Source of the DNA: the human T2T-CHM13v2.0 reference genome, Homo sapiens
NCBI GenBank assembly: GCA_009914755.4
Contig: CP086569.2
Coordinates: 11,648,001 to 11,712,000 of the forward strand
Reading direction: 5' to 3'
Length of the DNA: 64,000 bases
Positions 38,141 to 47,681 of this stretch are shown here, one piece after another (the first letter of the stretch is position 1; each line of letters begins with the position of its first letter). The position numbers and the translations under genes are program-made. The notes below the pieces were generated by a model. That model made no database searches. It saw only the letters and a program-made list of their open reading frames with translations, and was not told where the DNA came from.

Positions 38141-38242
38141 TTGGAGAATTCATTTGAAGGACTTATACTCAAGAAATCAACTTAAGTACCTGAGTCTCCT
38201 TGGGATTTGTGTTTTCTAGACCAGTACTTCTCCAAATTAAAG

Positions 38243-38548
38243 CAAATTTAGGCTGGGCATTGTGGCCCATGTCTATAATCTCAGCACTTTGGAATGCCGA
38301 GGCGGGCAGATCACTTGAGGTCAGGAGTTCGAGACCAGCTGACCCAACATTGTGAAACCCTTTCTCTACTAAAAATACAAAAATTAGCCGGGGATGATGG
38401 CATGTGCCTGTAATCCCAGTTACTTTGGAGGCCGAGGCAAGATAATCGCTTGAACTGGAGAGGTGGATGTTGCAGTGAGCCGAGATTGCACCACTGCGCT
38501 CCAGCCTGGGCAACAGAGCAAGACTCTGTCTCAAAAAAAATAAAAAGC
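38243..38548 (+). mobile_element. Alu (sense)
   Basis: ggctgggcattgtggcccatgtctataatctcagcactttggaatgccgaggcgggcagatcacttgaggtcaggagttcgagaccagc...ccagcctgggcaacagagcaagactctgtctc. Confidence 0.85.
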
Positions 38549-40264
38549 GAATTTAGTTCACTTTGGTATTGTGTCAAAATGTTGATTCTTTTAAAGTAAA
38601 TCTAAAGAATTGAGATGTAGTTGAAGCTTGTCATCTGTTCTTAATTTTTTTTAATAAAAATATAATATTTAGACTCAGAATAAATCTAAAGTGAGACCTG
38701 AAGCTGCTCCCAGGTGATACTGATGCTGCTTATTTTTCCCCAGATTTTGAGTCACAAGGTTCTAAATTATTGGTTTGAAGTCCTACATGAGTAATCACTT
38801 GGGAAGCTCAATGAACACCCAGCAATAGACTATTAATAAACCAGAATCTTCAGTATTAGGCTTCAATCATTGGCAATTTTTTTTTTTGACACACAGTCTC
38901 CCACTGTCTCCCAGGCTGAAGTCCTGAGGCCAGAATGAGACTAGGACATGGTTCCTTTGCCTAAGTAAAGTGAGGCAGACAATGGAATACTTCAGACTTC
39001 AAATTAGTATGGTAAGTGCTATGAAAAGTATGATTAAAGTTCATTATTTACCCAGAAAAGTGTCACTCAGCGCAGCCTGGGAGTTAGAGAAGGTTTCCTG
39101 AAGTCTTGACATGTGAGTCATGAAAGGACATAAGGAGTTAACCCCGTGAGAAAATAAGCTAAGAGAATTCTCAACAAAAGACAAAATATTGGCAAAGTCT
39201 TTTAGGCATATACTAGCTTAGTATTATTGGGAGAATGTAATGATTTTCTCTATTTCAAAAGTGTAAAATACAAAGTGGGCCATGATATGAGATAAACCAG
39301 TAAATATGTTCTGGGAACAGATCATAGAAGGGAGTGTATGTTGTCCTAAGGAGCTTAAACTTCAGCTTCAGTTCATGGGACCCAGTGACAAGATCTGAGC
39401 AGGGGAAGGATGTGGCTAGAGGGGCATTTTAGACAGACAAGATCCTCTGTGGATTACACCTAGGCTAAGCAACTGGTTAAAGTTGTTATCTTAAGACAAT
39501 AGTCCAGGTAAAAATAATAAAGTTTTAAATTAGGATGTTAGTAAGAATGAGGAAGAGGGATGGATTTCAGAAATAGTAAGGAAATGTATTAGCAGGACTT
39601 GATTAGTGATTGACTTGGGGAAGGAGGGAAAGATAGAGTTCAGGATGACTCCGAGACTGTCTGGTGTAAGTGGCTAATGACTGAAGCTATTAATAGAGGT
39701 AGGAAATGCAGACCAAAAGCAGGCCCGGGGTGAGAGATGATAAATTTGCATTTTGACATGTTGAGTTTTCACATCCAGGATGAAATAACCACAAGACATT
39801 TAAATATAAGAATCTGAAAAGGTAAGCATCATAAGCATATTAGCTATTGGTAAAATGCTGATACTTAATGAAGTCTCGCAGGGAGGCAGTACAGAGGCAA
39901 GCAATGGGCTGGGGATAAAACATAGGGAAATATTATTTAAATAAAGATGAAAGAAAAGGAGCCCACAAAGGAAGATGAAAAGGCATAGTCAAAAAAGAGG
40001 CTTGCCAAAGTGCCACCTTTGAAGCTCTGCTGTTACACTTTATAAGGAAACTTTTGGTTACCTGGGATTGCATGCATTTATAAAAGTTTCTATTATTAGG
40101 AAGACAATAATAATGATAAGGCTCTTTCTCATTTTTGTCAGTGTAATTTATCTATTTAATTGTAGAACCGAGTTCCAGGATGCTTAATCTGAAGTATACA
40201 CTTGGGGCAAAATGAATTATATCTTAATAATAATCTGGAATTTTTCTCTCTAACTTGACATATT

Positions 40265-40369
40265 TTAATTCTTGCTAGATTTTCAAAACGTCATACCTCG
40301 AACCACCACCAGATGGCTATGAGAATGTTACAAACATTGTGCCACCATATAATGCTTTCTCAGCCCGAG
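40265..40369 (+). other. Candidate internal exon (105 nt, phase-0 open) with a good acceptor (ttaattcttgctag|) and donor (|gtaaaataaa). Homology not recognised
   Basis: ag|ATTTTCAAAACGTCATACCTCGAACCACCACCAGATGGCTATGAGAATGTTACAAACATTGTGCCACCATATAATGCTTTCTCAGCCCGAGGCATGCCAGAG|gtaaaat translates to [34 protein letters not shown] with no stop. It sits in otherwise unique sequence. Confidence 0.3.
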
Positions 40370-40717
40370 GCATGCCAGAGGTAAAATAAAATACATTTGT
40401 AACCCAAGTCTTTAAATGGTTCTTTTGCTATATAAAACCTGTATAGAGGACTAAAACCAAGAAAATAAGGTGAATCATTCATGCGGATTCATTGTTTGAT
40501 ATTCAGTACTATGACAACCTCATCCCTCAAATTTAAAAAAGTATAATAAAATAGAAAAGAACACGAGAGAGACAAAAAAGAAACAAAACAAATACATTAA
40601 AAACTGACCCTGCTGAAGCAGATGCCACTCTTTGAAATAACAAAGAAGCTACTGAACACGCCTTTAATTCAGTGGGGCAGTAGGTGTTTTTTTGTTTGTT
40701 TGTTTTTGTTTCGTTTT

Positions 40718-41010
<293 letters not shown>

Positions 41011-41127
41011 AAAAGGTAAACTTTCTATTTGCCCTCTAAAGGTTTGCAGAAAGTGAATGGACAAAACATAAATTAATAGAAGAAAGAGGCAAAAAAAAAA
41101 TTCTGTATAATGTAGCGGAAAAATCAC

Positions 41128-41270
41128 AGGGTCTCACTCAGTTACCCAGCATGAAGTGCAGTGGTGTGATCATGGCTCATTGCAACCTTGAATTCTCAGG
41201 CACAAGTGATTCTCCCCCCTAAGCCTGTGGAGTAGCTGGGATCACAGGGGCATGCCACCATGCCCACATA
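41128..41270 (-). mobile_element. Alu fragment (antisense)
   Basis: ggtctcactcagttacccagcatgaagtgcagtggtgtgatcatggctcattgcaaccttgaattctcaggcacaagtgattctcc...gtagctgggatcacaggggcatgccaccatgcccac. Confidence 0.6.
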
Positions 41271-41529
41271 CATGGGTGTTTGCTGGAGAGGAGATGGAGA
41301 CTCTCTGTCCTGGATGTGAGACAGGTGGCTGGCATCTGGGTAAGGATGACATTCCCTCATTGCTAAAGACTAAAAGAGGAAAGTGTCATGGATAGTGCAA
41401 GCAGGGACATGCCCTGACCTAGTGAGGTCCAGAGGCTTATATTGGCCTTCATAGGGGAGTGGGAAGAAGCGAGAATAGGCAACCTAGGGGAAATAAATGA
41501 CCTAAAATCAAAGAAATAGATCATCAGAA

Positions 41530-41990
41530 GTGTAGATGTATTAGTCAGGGTTCTCTAGAGTGACAGAATTAAAGGACTATATACATATATATATATATAT
41601 ATATGAAGGGGAGTGAGATGGTTAATAATGAGTGTCAACTTGATAGGATTGAGGGATATGAAGTTTTGATCCAGGGTGTGTCTGTGAGAGTGTTGCCGAA
41701 AGAGATTAACATTTGAGTCAGCGGGCTGAGCAAGGCAGACCCACCCTTAATCTGGTGGGCACAATCTAATCTGCTGCCAGCAAATATAAAGCAGGCAGAA
41801 AAATTTGAAAAGGAGAGACTGGCCTATCCTCCCAGCCTACATCTTTCTCCCATGCTGATTTCTTCCTGCCCTCAAACATTGGACTCAATGGCTCTCCTTT
41901 CTCATCAGTTTGCAGACAGTCCATTGTGTAACTTATGATCTTGTAAGTTAATAAACTCCCCTTTATAAATAAATACATATATGTGTGTTT
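41530..41990 (+). mobile_element. LTR-like repeat, copy A (probably an ERVL-associated solo LTR). It is inverted relative to copy B and separated from it by a (TA)n/(TG)n microsatellite (about 41990-42058)
   Basis: The reverse complement of copy B (42060-42480) aligns along the whole length, for example ...gacccacccttaatctggtgggcacaatctaatc vs gattggattgtgcccacatagattaagggtgggtc, and ...agcatgggagaaagatgtaggctgggagg on both. Confidence 0.5.
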
Positions 41991-42017
41991 GCATATATAT
42001 ATGTATGTGTGTGTGTA

Positions 42018-42048
<31 letters not shown>

Positions 42049-42059
42049 GCATATATCCT

Positions 42060-42480
42060 GTTCTGTCCCTCTAGATGTAACTGGCTAATACAGGAAGTTT
42101 ATTAAGTATTAACTCACACAATCACCAAGTCTCACAATAGGCCATCTGCTGGATGAGGAGCAAAAAGAGCCAGCCAGAGTTCCAAAACTGAAGAACTTGG
42201 AGTCCATGTTCGAGGGCAAGAAGCATCCAGCATAGGAGAAAGATGTAGGCTGGGAGGTGAGGCCCGTCTCTTTTCACGTTTTTCTGTCTGCTTATAGTAT
42301 GGCTGGGTTGGCAGCTGATTGGATTGTGCCCACATAGATTAAGGGTGGGTCTGCCTTTCCCAGCCCACTGACTCACATATTAATCTTTTTTTGGCAACAC
42401 CCTCACAGACACACCCAGGATGAATACTTTACATCCTTCAATCCAGTCAAGTTGACACTCATTATTAACCATCACAATCC
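42060..42480 (-). mobile_element. LTR-like repeat, copy B (putative 3' LTR of the ERVL-like provirus)
   Basis: ttctgtccctctagatgtaactggc...aagaacttggagtccatgttcgagggcaagaagcatccagcataggagaaagatgtaggctgggagg...attaagggtgggtctgcctttcccagcccactgactcacatattaatc...ccttcaatccagtcaagttgacactcattattaaccatcac; same family and orientation as copy C. Confidence 0.5.
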
Positions 42481-45400
42481 CACCCCTTGTGAAATTCAAC
42501 CCACACACATCTCCTGAGATCATACATAATCTTAAAATACAGACAATAGTAAGGTCATAATTACACCTAACATAATAAACTATCCTTCCTACAGTTGGAA
42601 ATGCACCAATCCCCAACCTAAATACTATTACATAAAGCAAACAATACTTAAATGCTGATATGAGGTCAGTAAATCTATGTCACCTGATAAAGAAAAGGGA
42701 AATGAAATGAAGATATTTTCTTAGTACAAGGGCATACATGCACAAACATGTTTTTAACAAAAGAAGAAGGAAATACTCATGATAGTTCCAGTCCTCATTT
42801 CTGCAGCTGGTCAGGTGGTCGTAGCTGGTATTCATAACTACTTTCTTCCACTATCCATTCTGTATTCCCTTTGCCTTCAACAAGCACCTCAGCAGGTCGT
42901 GGCCCGGAGAGGATCTGGACCATTTGTATTCCTACCTGGATTGGGTATAATTTCCCATTTACCTTAATCAGAGTGCATGATAATACCAGGAGACGCCCTA
43001 ATGGATCTCCTATATTCCATGCATACTCTTCCTCACTTCCATTGTGGAGTAGCGGACTGACTTCATCTTGATAGTCTGGGTCAATTACTGCTGCCAACAT
43101 TGTAACTCCATTCTTAGCTTGTTGACTTAAAGGTAGGAGTACCCCAAAGCTTTTAAGTGGCCATGTTAACTTCCAGTTTAATACAATCCTTATTGTGTCT
43201 CCTGGTAGCAGCGTTCTTCCCTCTGGAGCTAAGAAGACTAATAAAGCAGAACCTAATGTTGTGGGAACAGAAAGCAAACATTTTGCTAGTGCATCATAGT
43301 GAGTGGTTCCACTTTCATATCCACCCCTTGAATCCTGGATCTGTGAATCCTGGTTATCAGAGAAACAATACCATACATTGGGCGCTGATTCAGAGCACAC
43401 ATGCTCTTCTGGAGTATGGTGCCCCAGCCCAGCAAAGTATTGTAACCTAGTTGACGTTGTAATCGCGACCTCAAAAGGCCGTCCCACCATTCTATAAATC
43501 CAGCTGCTTCAGGAAGATGGGGAATATGGTAAGACCAGTGAATTCCGTGAGCATGAGCCCACTGCCTCACTTCTTTACCTGTAAAGTGAGTGCTTGGTCA
43601 GAAGTAATGCTGTGTGGAATACCGTGATAGTGGATAAGGCATTCCTTGAGTCCATAAATTGTAGTCTTGGCAGAAGCATTGCATGCAGATAGGCAAACCC
43701 ATATCCTGAGTAAGTTCCTGTTCCAATGAGGACAAACCTCTCTCCTTTCCATGGTGGAAGACGTCCAATATAATCAACCTGCCACCGGGTAGCTCGTCGA
43801 TCACCCCAGGGAATGATGCCATACAAAGGGTTCACTGCTAGTCTCTGTTGTTGCTGGCAAATTGGGCACTCAGCAGTGGCCACAGATAGTTCGGCCTTGG
43901 TGAGTGGAAGTCCACATTGCTGAATCCATGCATAGCCTCCATCCCTGCCACCATGGCCACTATGTTCATGGGTTTATTGGACAATGACAGGGGTGTCTGA
44001 GGAAAGAGGCTGAGTGGTATCCACAGAACGGGTCATCTTATCCACTTGATTATCAAAATCCTCCTCTGCTGAAGTCACTTGTTGGTCAACACTCACACAG
44101 GGTACAAATATCTTCAGTTTTTGACCACTCAGAGATGTCCATCTACATACTCTTTTTCCAATTTTCTTTGTCACCAATTTTCCAATCATGCTTCTTCCAA
44201 GTCCCTGACCATCCAGCCAAACCATTGGCTACAGCCCATGAATCAGTATATAACCGCATATCTGGAAATTTCTCCTTCCATGCAAAGTGCACAATCAGGT
44301 GCACTGCTGAATGTTCTGCCCACTGGGAAGATTGTCCTTCACCACTGTCCTTCAGGGATGTCCTAGAAAGGGGCTGTAGTGCTTCAGCTGTCCACTTTTG
44401 GGCAGTACCTGCCTATTGTGGAGAACCATCTCTGAGCCAGGCCCTAGTCCTCCCTTCCTGTGTCAACTGCTCAAAGGCAAGTCCCCATGAGGTCATCAGT
44501 GCAGGCCGTGGGAGAGAAGGCAGGGTGGCAGGAGTAGAGACCATGGGCAATTGAGCCACTTCCTCATGTAACTTTCTTGTGCCCCCAGGACCTGCTTCAG
44601 CCCAACCACTTAAACATCATTTCCATTTGATGATTGAGTGCTGTTGTGCATGACCCACTTTATGGCTACATGAGTCAGAAAGCACCCAGTTCATGATAGG
44701 AAGTTCAGGTCGCATGGTGACTTGTTGACTCATAGTCAAATGTTCAGTTTCCCCAAAAGCCCAGTATAGGACAAGAGCTGTCTCTCAAAAGGAGAGTAGT
44801 TAACTGGAGAAGATGACAGGGCCTTGTTGCAAAATGAGGCCTCCACCATGATTCACCTATGGAGGCCTGCCAAAGCCTCAAAGCAGCATTCCTATCTGCC
44901 ATGGACACCTCGGGGGGACCCAGCCTCCCCTTCATTCAAGGGGTTCTGGGTCTGTAAACTGTCTCAAGGCTGGAAATTGATTGAGGGGCCATGAATCTCT
45001 GTTTTTATAGTTCCAATTAGTCTTTTATGTGTTTGACCTTAAGTTTCCTCCTTACATAAATTAAGTGGGAATACATTAGTCTTCCTGTCAGTTTCACTTC
45101 TAGGAACACTGTGATTAGTTAGCCAATGCCAGAGCTCTACATGAGTCAGACTGTTCAGATTGCTGCTTTGTCTTTTCTGCCCATTACAGTAGCTACGCCC
45201 ACCGTGCCTTTGAGGGTTGAGTGCTACCACTTGGCCCCTGCCACTTCAGGATCCAATTATTCCAAATTGTATTTAACTTCTGTAACTGAGTGACTGCAGT
45301 TCTCACCATTAGATCTGACATACAGAGAAGAGCCTTTACAGGGCTCTTCAAAGATGCAGGTGCTGTCCTCACAAATCTATTTTGCAAGGTGTTTGTCAAA

Positions 45401-45660
45401 GGTAATAGGTACAGAGTCACTAAACTCCTTGCCTCTCACGAGCGATGATTCATTAGGGTCAAATGAATTTGTTTTGCATAGCTCTTTAAACCTTTCATGC
45501 CAAGAACTGTCAATGTTCTCTACACTATTAAAAGTAGAGTCCTTAGCATTTTGGGATCTAGTCATATTTAGCAGCCAAATCCAGAAACCCCAAAACCAAC
45601 AAAAGAACTCCAACCTTAATATTCTGTTCCTGCAGAACTATTCCTGGTACTAAAATCTGT
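42480..45660 (-). mobile_element. ERVL-like endogenous retrovirus internal region (pol remnants). Integrase zinc-finger/core lies at about 43300-43900 and a dUTPase-like domain at about 42795-43490, in the ERV-L/class III order with dUTPase downstream of IN. Internally deleted and multiply disrupted
   Basis: Minus-strand ORF fragments: ...AECPICQQQQ...WQVDYIGRLPPWKGERFVLIGTGTYSGYGFAY (integrase-like HHCC/core); ...LSQQAKNGVTMLAAVIDPDYQDEVSPLLHNGSEEEYAWNIGDPLGRLLVLSCTLIKVNGKL (retroviral dUTPase-like, compare the G.IDsDY.GE motif). Flanked by same-orientation LTR-like copies B and C. Confidence 0.5.
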
Positions 45661-46130
45661 ATTAGTGAGGGTTCTCTAGAGGGACAGAACTAATAAGTTC
45701 TATATATATATATTATATACCATATATATAATATATAATATATGTATTATATATATTACATATTAACTTACAGTTCACAAGGTCCCACAGTAGACTGTCT
45801 GCAGGCATGAGGAGTGAGGAGTAAGGAGAGCCAGCTCGAGTCTCAAAACTAAAGAACTTGGAGTCCGATGTTCAAGGGTAGGAAGCATCCAGCACGGGAG
45901 AGAGATGTAGGCTGGGAGGCTGGGCCAGACTCACTTTTTCACTTTTTTCTGCCTGCTTTATATTCACTGGCAGCTGATTAAGTGGTGCCCATAGATTAAG
46001 TAGGGGGTCTGCCTTCCCCAGACTACGGACTCAAATATTAATCTCCTTTGGAAACACCCTCACAGACACACCCAGGAGCAATGCTTACATCCTTCAATGT
46101 AGTCAAGTTGACAGTCAGTATTAACTATCA
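45660..46130 (-). mobile_element. LTR-like repeat, copy C (putative 5' LTR of the ERVL-like provirus), beginning with gggttctctagagggacagaa and an internal (TA)n tract
   Basis: ...tcacaaggtcccacagtagactgtctgcaggcatgaggag...aaagaacttggagtccgatgttcaagggtaggaagcatccagcacgggagagagatgtaggctgggagg...attaagtagggggtctgccttccccagactacggactcaaatattaatc...ccttcaatgtagtcaagttgacagtcagtattaactatcacag. Confidence 0.5.
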
Positions 46131-47082
46131 CAGGATTACAGACCTGAGCTGTCACACACAGTGTTATTGTATATTTCATACAATTTCCTGATTTTCCCAT
46201 TTTATCTGTGACTTAATAAAGTTTTTCAGCTATGACCCCAAACTGGTAATACTTGAAAGCACATTCAAATGTATTTTGCAACAATTCATAACTGGTGAAA
46301 CGTTAAGCCTTGTGGAAAGAGTCACCTTACTTCCCCATCAGCTGTCAATTCCCCATCATTACTATCACTTCTGGGAGCACATTTTCCAAAACTCCTTTTC
46401 TCTCTATGATTTCTTTAGAATAGCTCCATGAGGTTACAATAAATTACAACTAATTACTGTCATGAGATTGGGAAGTCAGAGTGGTGGATTCATGTACACT
46501 GACACCTGAAGTAAAACATATGCAGTTAGGTGTGGACTGGAGAATCACCTGGAGATGCGCTGCAGGCAGCTGAGAGCATCAGCACCCCCAGCCCTGGGAT
46601 TCCCAGACAGGACTGAGGATCATCACACGGTGTTCAGCACATACCACCAGGGGCAGGTGCACGTTGGCTTCTGAAGTAGCACCTGAGAATCCCCTGTGTC
46701 TAGTACCTGCTTCATGAATAACACTTCATAGGCTTCGGAAGGACTGTGGTTTAGACTTTAATTTATTCAGCTTGAATAATTTCTCCTTGAAATACTGAGA
46801 ATAGCTTCTCTTTTGCTGTACAAATTCCTATTATCCCATAACACAGACTCCTCAGCTGGACTTATCTCTCTTCTTTATTCAGTCAGGACAGGCATTGTCA
46901 CGTCTTTTCTGCTGGGGATGAGGGCGAAAGAGGCTTAGGGTTCAGAGGAACCTCCCTGGCCTCCTCTAGGAAAATCTCCCAATGACTTTCCAAACCTGAC
47001 TGAGTTTGAGAACTTCCCTCAGCAGATAGAGGCACCAGAAGGAGCATTGGGGCAGCTCAGCCTCACACATCTGCTTCCTTGG

Positions 47083-47587
47083 GGTTTATGTTATGACTTG
47101 TAACACTATGGGAGGGGTACTGTCACTCTGTTGACAGTAGTAAGTTGCAAAATCTTCAGGCTGCAGGCTGCTGATGGTGGGAGTGTAATCTGTCCCAGAT
47201 CCACTGTCACTGAACCGAGTGGGAATCCCACTTTGCAGACTGGATGCAGCATAGATCAGGAGCTTAGGAGTTTTCCCTGGTTTCTTCTGATACCAATTTA
47301 AATTATTGATAATGCCCTGACTCGCCCGGCAAGTGATGGTGACTCTGTCTCCTACAGATGCAGACAGGGAGGATGGAGACTGGGTCATCTGGATGTCACA
47401 TCTGGCACCTGAAGTTGGAAACATAAAAACAAATATTCTTGCAATTAATCATGTTATCAGAGGACTTCCCTGAAGTTCCAGACAGTACTGAGCACACTGA
47501 CCGAGTATAATCCTAGTGTTCTCCTTCCTTACCTGGCAGCCAGAACACCAGGAGCCCCAGGAGCTGAGTGGGGGCCCTCACATCCGT
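47083..47587 (-). pseudogene. Immunoglobulin kappa variable gene, IGKV1 subgroup (closest to IGKV1-39/1D-39), with orphon-like, non-functional organisation. L-PART1 is 47533-47587 (55 nt) and the intron is 47409-47532 (124 nt). L-PART2 plus V-REGION is 47111-47408 (298 nt, open frame). The 12-spacer RSS is 47083-47110
   Basis: V-exon translates to ..[100 protein letters not shown] with Cys23, Trp41 and Cys104 conserved. The leader reads gtcaggacacagc ACG GAT GTG AGG GCC CCC ACT CAG CTC CTG GGG CTC CTG GTG TTC TGG CTG CCA G|gtaagg against canonical ATG GAC ATG AGG GTC CCC GCT CAG..., so both Met codons are lost. Acceptor tccaacttcag|GTGCCAGATGT. RSS: CATAGTG - 12 nt (ttacaagtcata) - ACATAAACC. 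Confidence 0.85.
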
Positions 47588-47630
47588 GCTGTGTCCTGAC
47601 TGGGGCTGACTCCTGCACCGTGTGTGACCA

Positions 47631-47681
47631 GCCTATAAAAAGTCTTCAGGGCAGGAGGCTGTGCTCTAGGAACAGGCAAGT
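47631..47681 (-). promoter_or_regulatory. Degenerate IGKV promoter. TATA-like TTTTTATAGG lies at 47631-47640. The octamer position reads ACTTGCCT (47674-47681) instead of the conserved ATTTGCAT
   Basis: Minus strand reads ...cagcctgccccatcccctgctgACTTGCCTgttcctagagcacagcctcctgccctgaagactTTTTATAGGctggtcacac..., collinear with known IGKV1 promoters (ctgctgATTTGCATgttcc...), with two mismatches in the octamer. Confidence 0.6.

Noticed and set aside
42795-43883. Integrase/dUTPase-like ORFs (231 aa, 102 aa, 94 aa) as possible host genes
   Set aside because: They are fragmented and frameshifted relative to one another and flanked by LTR-like repeats. They are treated as an ERV pol remnant, not a cellular gene.
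47086-47424. The ORF-track start (M at 47424) for the IGKV ORF, giving MFPTSGARC...
   Set aside because: That Met lies inside the leader intron. The real gene structure is L-PART1 (47533-47587), then the intron, then L-PART2 from 47408. The ORF end (TAA at 47086) lies in the RSS nonamer and is not a coding stop.
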